From: Macrostomum lignano
Lineage: Eukaryota
NCBI GenBank assembly: GCA_002269645.1
Contig: NIVC01000366.1
Span: forward strand, 248,001 to 312,000
DNA length: 64,000 bases
Direction: 5' to 3'
This document shows positions 23,401-33,359 of the stretch, piece after piece. The notes under the pieces are model-generated. The model did no database searches, had not been told where the DNA came from, and saw nothing but the letters and a program-made list of their open reading frames with translations. Each line of letters opens with the position of its first letter. The stretch's first letter is position 1. The position numbers and the translations under genes were made by a program.

Positions 23401-24668
23401 TTTAATTGTAGATATACAAATTTAGCTGAATCCAACTATGTGAAGTACAATTTTATGAGAACTTCATAAGGGACACATATATGTAAATATATGTAAATTG
23501 AGTAGCTTGAATAAACATTGTAATTATACTTTTACCCAGACGCAATGAAAAAATATTTTGGCCATTATTCCACAGTTTTGATGTGTACCATAGACATTTG
23601 GATTGAAAAAATCCATCGCTCAGTATTTTTGTTAATAAATTCAGAACAACAAGAAGTAAATGAACAAAAAGGAAAAATCATTAAAACTAAAGTACCAGCT
23701 ACACGAAAAGAGTTAATAATAAATGTCACAGCTAGTGCAGTTTATCAGTTTGTAGTCGAAATTTGACAATGTAAAAATCAATTTGTCACCCAAAGTGAAA
23801 CATGCACAGTTCTCAAAGCCGCAGTTTCCAAAGATGCTCGACACTTTAGCCTGATGATTTGGCACTGCAAAAGGAGTTGGTCTATGTTGAATGTTTTCTA
23901 TGAAAGAGAAATACAGATGAGATAAATACAGAAGAATACAGAAATACTGATGAGATCCTCAGTTGCTGGGCCAGCCTCCCAGATCCTCAGTTGCTGGGCC
24001 AACCTCCCAGATCCTCAGTTTCTACCTAGCCAGCCTCCCAGATCCTCAGTTGCTGGGCCAGCCTCCCAGATCCTCAGTTGCTGGGCCAGTCTTCCCGATC
24101 CTCAGTTGCTGGGCCAGCCTCCCAGATCCTCAGTTGCTGGGCCAGCCTCCCAGATCCTCAGTTGCTGAGCCAGCCTCCCAGATCCTCAGTTGCTGGGGCC
24201 AGCCTCCCAGATCCTCAGTTGCTAGGCCAGCCTCCCAGATCCTCAGTTGCTAGGCCAGCCTCCCAGATCCTCAGTTGCTGGGGCCAGCCTCCCAGATCCT
24301 CAGTTGCTAGGCCAGCCTCCCAGATCCTCAGTTGCTGGGGCCAGCCTCCATTGACATTTGCAATTACAGCCGATAGCTCGTTACAAAATGCAATTTTGTC
24401 TTCCCAGCAAAATGCAATTTTATGTCTTCCCAGCAAAATGCAATTTTATGTCTTCCCAGCTGTTATCAGTATATATATATGCAATACATATATCACTATA
24501 TGTATGATATATGTATTGTAATCAATGATACATGATATGCATTCAATTCTTGTTAGCTAAGCTATTCGACTAGTCACCCTTGCTCTGCAATGAAGAAAAA
24601 TACCACTTCGTGCTTTCAGAAAAATCGCCCTCAAACAGAAATTCGCAAGTGTCTTTGTAAATTGATTG

Positions 24669-25869
24669 AAATACAATTTTGTTCAGTCAGACCTCGATTC
24701 GCTCATTCGACTGTTTTATGACTTTCAACTGTTTTTTTTAAATACAACTCGATAGGTGCTTTGACGAATATTTGCATGCTTCACTGGATAAATTTATGTC
24801 ATGCGAGTCTTTAATTTGTGTTTTCTTAGTCTAAAATACTACCTTAAAGACGCGGTCGTAACACAGTTTTTAGAAAATGGGGTGTAAAAAATGAACTGTG
24901 ATTTCGTCAAAAAGGTCTGAGTCTCCAAGACGCCGTCATCAGGTTTCAGAAAGTTAAAGACCGAAACCGTATCTGCGTGAATTCTCGTCCAGTATTTTAT
25001 CGGGCAGTACAGCGGCTGCGTGCTACCAGACCCTCTGTTCAGCCCTCGGTAACCAAGCCCCATCCATCTGTATGGGCTACGGCTAGTTCAGCCGCTTCCA
25101 GAGTCGAAAGTCGTTGCTTTCTTGCAGTGACACCTTGACGAAGATCAGCGAGTGTGACGAATCGACAGTTAAAGAATCTTGTCTGGGTTTTTCGGATTCA
25201 ACCAGTCGTTAAGATCCTGTTCAGTGTCGCTCAGAAGCAGGCCGGCATGGAGTTCGCGCGTCTTATGCTTGACAATTTTGAAAGCGACGTCTCAAAATCA
25301 GTTGGATAATATTCTCAAAGGGGGTGAAAGCTGGGTCGTCATTGGGTCACCATAGACGGTGATGCGCCGCTGAAATTCTGCCGCGAGCGAACCGTTGAAA
25401 GGTGATGCGATGGCTGCCAACTTTTTCCCCGTCACTGCGGCATCTTGCGGCCAGTGTTGCTTGAGCACGGCGCCACAGTGAGTGCTGGATTGTACAGCAC
25501 CGTCTTCTTGCCGCAGGTGCTGCAACCATTTGATCAAGAGCGGCCAAAGTCTGGGGGAGAAGGGCAGCTTCCTTCGCCCAAAAATATACTGAGGCACAGA
25601 GCAGGGGCGACCCAGCAATACAAGACAACGCAGCTGCCGCATCCGGCATATTCGCCCGGCCTCGCGCCTTGTGATTTCTTGCTCTTTCAAAAACTGAAGA
25701 ACTTGATGGGGAGGCGATTCGACTTGAGATAGGAGCTCGGGAATGTCCTGCAAGCTGAGCTGGGCTCAATCCAAAAATCTGATTTAAGGTTTTTCAACTC
25801 TTGGTTCAAGCGAATGCAACAAATGTTTGGATCTGGATGGAATTTCTGTTTAGAAATGCGATTAGCTCC
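24669..25869 (+). pseudogene. Decayed mariner transposase (copy 2, within the duplication)
   Basis: Same as 22200-23400 at offset 2469. Confidence 0.8.
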
Positions 25870-27148
25870 TTTAATTGTAGATATACAAATTTAGCTGAAT
25901 CCAACTATGTGAAGTACAATTTTATGAGAACTTCATAAGGGACACATATATGTAAATATATGTAAATTGAGTAGCTTGAATAAACATTGTAATTATACTT
26001 TTACCCAGACGCAATGAAAAAATATTTTGGCCATTATTCCACAGTTTTGATGTGTACCATAGACATTTGGATTGAAAAAATCCATCGCTCAGTATTTTTG
26101 TTAATAAATTCAGAACAACAAGAAGTAAATGAACAAAAAGGAAAAATCATTAAAACTAAAGTACCAGCTACACGAAAAGAGTTAATAATAAATGTCACAG
26201 CTAGTGCAGTTTATCAGTTTGTAGTCGAAATTTGACAATGTAAAAATCAATTTGTCACCCAAAGTGAAACATGCACAGTTCTCAAAGCCGCAGTTTCCAA
26301 AGATGCTCGACACTTTAGCCTGATGATTTGGCACTGCAAAAGGAGTTGGTCTATGTTGAATGTTTTCTATGAAAGAGAAATACAGGTGCTCAAGTATAGT
26401 TGCCGAACTTACCATTTGAAAGATGCACTACTTGGTTAAGTTGGCATGCGACTGATGAGCTTCGTCTGATGAGCTTCTTTGGTACCGCAGTATCCAAGCT
26501 GGGATTCTTTGGGACTGTCGGCTGCTCGACTGAATTGATTGGCCGCTTTCAGGCATCGTTTATAGCCGTCGAGGCGTTGAAGACTGCATGGTCGCGTTTT
26601 CTTCCTAGGTAGCGCCGCACGGTTCGTTCAGTCGTCGACAGGAAGATTTTTTCAATTAATAAGCGCGGCTGTTTGACGAGATGCACTATAGCCATAGTTG
26701 TTCGACAAGACAAATAGCTTTTTCTCCCACTACTCGCTTTCCTGATTTCTTGCAAGACGCAAGCAAAATCAGCACTCATCACAGTGTTGTCTATGGTCAA
26801 ACTAAGCCACACAACTCAGTCGTCTATGGGTAAAAGAACTCTTAAAACAGCCAATTGAAGCATGATAAAAAGTGTGGAATAATGGCCGCAAAAGTGTGGA
26901 ATAATGACTGCGCGCTGAGTGAAAGTATAGATACAATGCACTTGTATAGTATGCAACTTCGTTGAATAATGGACAAAACTCGAGTTTCTATGGCCACTAT
27001 TCAACGAAGTTGCATATATACAATCTACCATTGCTATCGAAACTCGAGTGGACTAATCTAGGTCCTATGGGACAGACGTTTCTACGTGTGCTTTTGTTTA
27101 TGGAACAACAAATAGGACATCTCTTGTTTAGCTAGACAATTTTTGGTA

Positions 27149-27570
27149 TAGTATTTGTCATGCTATCTCAGCCTAGAGACATCCAAACTCAGCCAGCCCA
27201 TCTCGACAGTGCGATTTTTTACGTAAGCCAGTCAAGTTTTACCATAGACATGCCTCTTAAGGCCATGCTATCTCAGCCCGGGACATGCAATCTCAGCCAC
27301 TTTTCAGATGCTATGTCAAGCTGTCCGTGGCTTAGTCTGTGATCGAAGCAAATGAAACAGAATGAGAGCAACAAGCGACGAAGACGAAGCGAGAAGTGTT
27401 TGCAATTGAAATCTATATTGGCTGAGATTGCATGTCCCAGGCTGAGATAGCATGGCCTTAAGAAGCATGTCTATGGTAAAAGTCGACTAGCTCGAGCCAA
27501 AAAAACGCATTGCGGAATGGGACTGGCTGAGTTTGGATGTCTCTAGGCTGAGATAGCATGACAAATACTA
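27149..27570. mobile_element. TA-flanked foldback MITE (422 bp)
   Basis: Arms of about 150 bp in near-perfect inversion, starting TAGTATTTGTCATGCTATCTCAGCCTAGAGACATCCAAACTCAGCCAG. TA at 27147-27148 and 27571-27572. Confidence 0.9.
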
Positions 27571-27663
27571 TAGTTGAGCCTACGCTCTCATTTTTCTCAA
27601 TCGTTGCTTCTTCAATTGACTTATTTTGCAACGTTGAAACCCCAAAGAAACTGGGTGCAGAAA

Positions 27664-29316
27664 ATGTACAGACCAGTCAGCAGCATTGGCCCTCAGACCA
27701 GTGTTGATCCGATGGAAGTTATGGAAACTCTAGTCGCTATGGAGCAGCGGTTTCGCCAAGTGTTCCAACAGATACTGATAGACACGGATTTCCCGCTGAA
27801 GTACGACGTCGCTTCTAACGAGGCAGACGGACCACTGTTCTTCGTGTTAACGAAGCAGCCAACGTCTTTAACCTACGTGATCGAAGCGCTCCCGGTTGTT
27901 TTCGACCAATCAGCATCAAAAGCGCATGTTAAACGAGTCGAAGAGCTGACCTATCACCCAGTGTTTGAAGATGTGATTGAACGGTACACCAAAACCCGGA
28001 GGAAACCAAACCCAGTCATCCTGGAGACTAGGTCTGCCGATTTTTGCTACATGGTTACTATCAAGATCGAAGTGCTGCCACTTGACCGTAGTGTACGAGC
28101 GGTGAATTTCACTCTACTGCGCGAGTACCAGATCCTGCTTCACATTTGGGAGAGCTACAGAAGCGACCTCAACGCTAATAAGTGCAACTCTGATCAGCTG
28201 ATCGGCTTCCCGATGCCATTCGAATTTCGAAACATCGAGGGCACAAAATACGATCTTCCGCACGGCCACAGCTGGGAGTATTATAGCCCGTTTGGTAAGC
28301 TTGAATCTCTGCAGCGAGTCTCCTTGACGTCTATAACATCCAGCAAGGACAGTCGGCCGATCAAGTCAACTCTGAGCTACATGTCCATAGAGAAAGTCGG
28401 GCCCAGCCTCAGCTACCTAATGGATCTGATGCTGTCGCAGCGCAAGTTTTTCAACATATCCTCGGCGCTGAAAGTCTACGACCAGCTTATCTGCCGACTA
28501 TTAGTGATGCACAAATACTCGGTTATTCATGGCGACATCAATCCGTCGGCGTTATGTTTTGGCACCGGCGAGGCCGTCAATGTGCTCTATTTGAACAATT
28601 TCGAGGCCGCCTTGCTGGCGCCCACATTCGGCCTACCGCTGCCTTTCTTTCACGACCGCTTCGTCTCGTACAGCCGTGTGAAGGACAAATCGGTCCACTT
28701 CGTCCACGACCTCGAGTCAGCTTTCTACGTGTTCCTATACTTGATGCTTGGCCGACTGCCGTGGGACTCTCGTCTGGGCGTTAGCGAAACTGAGAGTTCG
28801 ACTGTTGCGCCCGTTGGCGTCGACATCTCGGTCAATGATATCCGCTCAGAGAAGAGTCGCACCATGGAGGAGAAGGAAAAGTTCTGGCAGTCGTCTAATC
28901 AACTGCTGTGGATGGTGAAGTCAATAGACACAGAGTTCAGGGACTCCATGTATCGGAACTTTGCGTCCGACATTGTGGAGGCGATCTATGCCAGAGTAAA
29001 GGAGAGCATGTCCACTTGCCAGTCGCTGAGTCAGTCTGCCTACTCGAAGAGTGTCTTCATCACCGGCACGGCTCCTTACAATGCCTACTTTGGTGTTAGA
29101 AAGATAATTGCCAGTTTCTTCCGCTTTGAGTCGCGAAGCAACGCCTTGAAAGATCCGGTGTGGTCGGCCAAGACCGACATGCTGTTTAAGGAGGACGCTA
29201 ACGACCGTCGCATAGCCTGGGATTTGAGCTCCTGGTGCTGGAACTACTTGGACGCCGATGCCAATTCTGTTAAACGACAGTCGTCAAGAAAGTCGCAGAT
29301 CGTCGTTAGTTCATAA
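27664..29316 (+). CDS. Intronless casein kinase 1-like protein, predicted pseudokinase A (550 aa from first ATG)
   Basis: VTIKIE (beta3), LLREY (alphaC), IEKVGPSL, IHGDINPSA, YLNNFEAA and HDLESAFYVFLYLMLGRLPW parallel the CK1 motifs VAIKLE, ELLGPSL, HRDVKPDN, DFG and DDLESLGY..GSLPW. Confidence 0.85.
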   Translation: MYRPVSSIGPQTSVDPMEVMETLVAMEQRFRQVFQQILIDTDFPLKYDVASNEADGPLFFVLTKQPTSLTYVIEALPVVFDQSASKAHVKRVEELTYHPVFEDVIERYTKTRRKPNPVILETRSADFCYMVTIKIEVLPLDRSVRAVNFTLLREYQILLHIWESYRSDLNANKCNSDQLIGFPMPFEFRNIEGTKYDLPHGHSWEYYSPFGKLESLQRVSLTSITSSKDSRPIKSTLSYMSIEKVGPSLSYLMDLMLSQRKFFNISSALKVYDQLICRLLVMHKYSVIHGDINPSALCFGTGEAVNVLYLNNFEAALLAPTFGLPLPFFHDRFVSYSRVKDKSVHFVHDLESAFYVFLYLMLGRLPWDSRLGVSETESSTVAPVGVDISVNDIRSEKSRTMEEKEKFWQSSNQLLWMVKSIDTEFRDSMYRNFASDIVEAIYARVKESMSTCQSLSQSAYSKSVFITGTAPYNAYFGVRKIIASFFRFESRSNALKDPVWSAKTDMLFKEDANDRRIAWDLSSWCWNYLDADANSVKRQSSRKSQIVVSS

Positions 29317-31051
29317 TCAGACAGTTTGGTCAGAAAACCAGGTTCATTCGAACACTTCCGACGTCAGCTTTAGGATACTTTATTAGGTCTAGGACATTTC
29401 TTATCAGATGGCATACAAGTAGCGTGTCACAATGGTACCGATTCTGATTATTGCAGCTAAGCATAGGTTTTTTATTTAGAATCTCTGCGTCTAGAGCGTA
29501 TATGCAGTCTTTTCTTCTAAGCTTTTTCTAAATATATGGTCAGTCTGATTCGTTTGAGAATCAGCAGCTAAGTAGCCATTTGAAATAGCGCTTATAAATC
29601 TAAAATTCATATTTTCCTGCATTAACTATCTTGGATCTGTGGCTAATTTTTTATGCGTAATGTCAGAATGGAATGAAAATTGTCATTGTCCGGCGCTGTA
29701 CGCTCATTAGTTAACTCTTGGAAATCATTGCGTACGGCTACTGAGTATTCATTCATGAGACAATGCGCTTGGTTATGAATGGTTTTGGTGGTTAACAGTA
29801 TTTACCAGCCTGATTTTTCACGAGTGACTAGAATTAAGAATTAAGAGAATCACTCTCCAACCCTCAAAACCCAAAACCATATACAAAATCTACCATCGTT
29901 GGTTTGGTTCTTGCCCCTAGTTCACAATTGAACTCAAAAATGTTGAAAAAGTGTAAAAAGTACAAACTAAAATGAACCTAAAACAGTAGTAACCTTTTCC
30001 GAGGTTTAGTAAAGTAATTACTGGTTTCACTTGATTAAAAATCTACTTTTTTGTTTAGTTGAACCAAAATTGCCATACTGTATTTGCTAATATTTCCACT
30101 TCCGATGTGCCTCCCTACATGTACCTCTCGCCTCTTTGCTATCGGCCTACTACAATTGACAGTTTAATTTGATTTATGGTTCTCCCAGTCTTCTCGCTTT
30201 TTGGTTACCTGGGTCCTCGTGAATCTGTTGACTATTATGTAGATAAAATCTAATCCCTATAAATTTATCCCCACACTCAAACCCTGGTACTCGTAGATTT
30301 TAACATTTGTGACTAGATGGTCCCCTTGGCTAATATACCTGAACTTCAATAGGGCTCCATACTTCTATTAAAGATTACGTACGAGTATATATCAAGTCAA
30401 TCCCCATGAAGAATCTTCCCACTCTAAAACCCGTACCCGTATGCCCCGGTGTCTTGGTTTCAAGCTACATGGATTTGGATTGAAGCCACATCGAAATATG
30501 GCTTAAATTTGAAATCAGCAACCCTCATAAACCACATTTATGTAAAACTGGAACTATTTTAAAATATATACCTTAAGTTTAAGCTTAAAATGCTCCGAAT
30601 TCGGTCGGGGACGCGGCCTTTTGCAGCCTAAAAGACCATGACTATACCTTGCTAAGGTCGAGAAGAGTGCGTAAATTATTGTAATTTGAGGCTGACTTTA
30701 TTCTCACCTTGAGAGGGCTTCAGGACATGACATCGTATTTTTTGTTGGTTTTTGTTTGGTTAAAGTATCCGATTCCATTATTTTTTACTTACAATTATTT
30801 ACAACTGTGCATGGTCTCATAGAAGGTCAAAATCACAATTTACTGTAACTTTAGACTTGTCCACGCGACTTATTTTGCTTTGAGTTTAAGTAGCCGCCAT
30901 AGACAATTCTGAACTTCTAACGAAGAGTCGAGGGAGCCTCATTAGGGGCGAAGCAATAAAAGCAGCACTTAGTAAAATCAAGCTCTTCGTCATCATTTAG
31001 TGCAGAGCCGTCAGAAAACAACTGACAGATTAGTCGCAGCAAGCAAAACAT

Positions 31052-32734
31052 ATGGAAATGCACGAAGTCTTAACCCGAACCAACAGCATGATTCTGGGCT
31101 CAGAGGTCAGCCGGAGTACATTGCTCACTCGAAGCACTACTGCAGACATATCGGCCGTCGATTGGATTGCCCAACTGAATGCAAAATGCAAGACAATTTT
31201 GAGCGCCATGTGCTCTCATTCGGATCTGCTGCTCAAATACGACTTGACGTCAAGAGAACCGGACTCGCCGATGATCTACGTGAACACGCGTATGCCGTCA
31301 AAGTTCATGTTCAACATGGAAGCATTTCCCAGGCTGTCCAAACTGGAGAAGCTCAACGGCAAGCAGTTGCAAGTGGAAGAGCTGGTTTACCACAAAATGT
31401 TCGAGGCAGTGATTGAGCGGTACACCAATTCCAATCAGAAGCCGAACCCGGTGCTGCGCGACACCCGATCGTCGGAGTTCTGCTACCGAATGGCCATCAA
31501 GGTAGAAGCGGTGCCTGCTCAGAAGGCTTTGAAGGCTAGAAGATTAATTCTTCTACGAGAATTTCTAATCTTACAACACTTGTGGGAGTGCTTTCACAGG
31601 GAAATGAAAGCCAAGGTCTGCGGCACGGATCAGCTGATCGGCTTTCCCATGCCGTTTGAGTTTAAAAATGTTGTCGGCTGTTCGGAATTCGATTTTACTG
31701 AGGACGGAATGACCTACATGCATTACAATATCCACGGAGCAGAGGAGAAGGTACTGATCACCACTATTCCGCAGACTGTGCCGGATTCCACCAGTACTAC
31801 TATTGGCTCATCGCTGAGCTACATGGCAACGGAGAGGCTGGGGCCCAGTCTTGGCTACCTCATCGATCTGATGCGATCGCAAGGCAAGACTTTCTCAGTA
31901 TCCAGCGCACTGAAGATCTACGATCAAATTCTCTGCAGAATGATGATCATGCACAAGTACGGCGTTGTGCACTGCGACCCGAATCCGTCCTGCTTCTATT
32001 TTGGTCCAGGTGAAAGCTGCAACGTGCTCTATATCAGCGAGCTCGGCTCCGCTCTTGTGAAGCCGGAGTTTAACATGCAGGTGCCCAGATTTCACGACCG
32101 ATTTGTCTCGTACCTGCGTTTTCGCGAGCGTCGCTGCCACTTTGTACAGGACGTGGAGTCGGCATTCTACATTTTTCTCTACATGCTTGTTGGCCGGCTG
32201 CCCTGGGATGGGCGCACCCTCGGCAATCTCAAGCCTGCTGAGGGGATGTCGATGGTTCAGCCAAGCGATGACCCGTACACAGATCGCAGCCTGACTATTG
32301 ACGACAAGGAGAAGTTCTGGCAGAACCAGGACACGATAAGTCGCGCTATTCGCGTAGTTGAAATGGAAATTTACGATCCATTGTACGTCAGCTTCACCGC
32401 AGACCTGTTGGAAGCATTGTACTCGCGTACTCGCGAATCGCTTCAGCTGAGCTCGTCAGTAGGCATTGCTAACTACATGAAGGACTGCTGCGTAGGCAAC
32501 ACTCAGGCTTACAATGTGTATTACAATTTGCGCAGGGTCATTGCCACTTACTTCCGCTTCGAGATCCTTAACCAGCCACTCAAGGACCGGCAGGGCAGCG
32601 CGAGGCTGGAGCAGCTCAACCGCTCAAGTACAAACGATTTGAGGATCGCCTTCGACCTCAGCCATTGGTGCTGGAACCACCTCGATCCGAACCCGAATTC
32701 GAGCACTTCGAAAAGGATTTCTTTCAAAACGTAA
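31052..32734 (+). CDS. Intronless casein kinase 1-like protein, predicted pseudokinase B (560 aa), paralogue of A
   Basis: MAIKVE, LLREF, TERLGPSL, VHCDPNPSC, YISELGSA, QDVESAFYIFLYMLVGRLPW. Collinear with ORF A over nearly its whole length. Confidence 0.85.
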   Translation: MEMHEVLTRTNSMILGSEVSRSTLLTRSTTADISAVDWIAQLNAKCKTILSAMCSHSDLLLKYDLTSREPDSPMIYVNTRMPSKFMFNMEAFPRLSKLEKLNGKQLQVEELVYHKMFEAVIERYTNSNQKPNPVLRDTRSSEFCYRMAIKVEAVPAQKALKARRLILLREFLILQHLWECFHREMKAKVCGTDQLIGFPMPFEFKNVVGCSEFDFTEDGMTYMHYNIHGAEEKVLITTIPQTVPDSTSTTIGSSLSYMATERLGPSLGYLIDLMRSQGKTFSVSSALKIYDQILCRMMIMHKYGVVHCDPNPSCFYFGPGESCNVLYISELGSALVKPEFNMQVPRFHDRFVSYLRFRERRCHFVQDVESAFYIFLYMLVGRLPWDGRTLGNLKPAEGMSMVQPSDDPYTDRSLTIDDKEKFWQNQDTISRAIRVVEMEIYDPLYVSFTADLLEALYSRTRESLQLSSSVGIANYMKDCCVGNTQAYNVYYNLRRVIATYFRFEILNQPLKDRQGSARLEQLNRSSTNDLRIAFDLSHWCWNHLDPNPNSSTSKRISFKT

Positions 32735-33359
32735 GCAGTCTGACTGTCGCCTACAGAAATGACAGTAATCTTTGGATAAAATTTTAATTCGTTATTATTT
32801 TTTAATCATTCCTTTGCTACTTACTGTACTACTTAAAGTACTACGAAGTATTTTACCTGAACTAATTATCGATTTAATTTTGACTTGTATCTTTACTCAG
32901 CTGTAACGGTACGGTACGTAAGAGCAACGTAACATACTATAGTGACTTAAAAGCGTCGAAAAAGTATTCGTAATATTACAGTAACATAGAGATGCTACAC
33001 GTACTACTACTACTTGTAACTCCGCAGCTTTTGTTATAACCGGTAAAAGTTGATATGCACGCGTTTTGCAATTGGTTCGCAGAGTAAACCGTATGTACGT
33101 ATTGTAATATTCTACCAATGCAAGCCACTGTAATACCAAAATGGTGTTATGCCACAGTTCACTTCGCAGCAGTGCAGGCCAGCGCTGCAATTGCTACGAG
33201 TTTCGCTGCAGAATTCCGTACGACTTTGCGTTAATTATTTGTTTAACTGTATAAGCTTTGAAAACATTGAACGAACGATTGAGATAGACACGGGAATTTA
33301 TTTGATATGAATAAGCAGCATTGAAATACTGTTTTTCTATCGAGACTTTAGTAAGTTTA

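Larger units (their letters stand above)
21484..26385. repeat. Tandem segmental duplication: 21484-23916 and 23953-26385 (2433 bp each, offset 2469)
   Basis: The ORF track repeats with a constant 2469 offset. No differences were seen in spot checks. A 36-bp novel spacer separates the copies. Confidence 0.95.

Noticed and set aside
21377-24521. ORFs rich in PPRSSVAG/ASQILSC (also 15254-15570)
   Set aside because: Translations of the 28-bp satellite downstream of the EXT1 stop or inside intron 2.
27574-27663. 30-aa N-terminal extension of pseudokinase A
   Set aside because: It starts at a TTG immediately after the MITE; the first ATG is at 27664.
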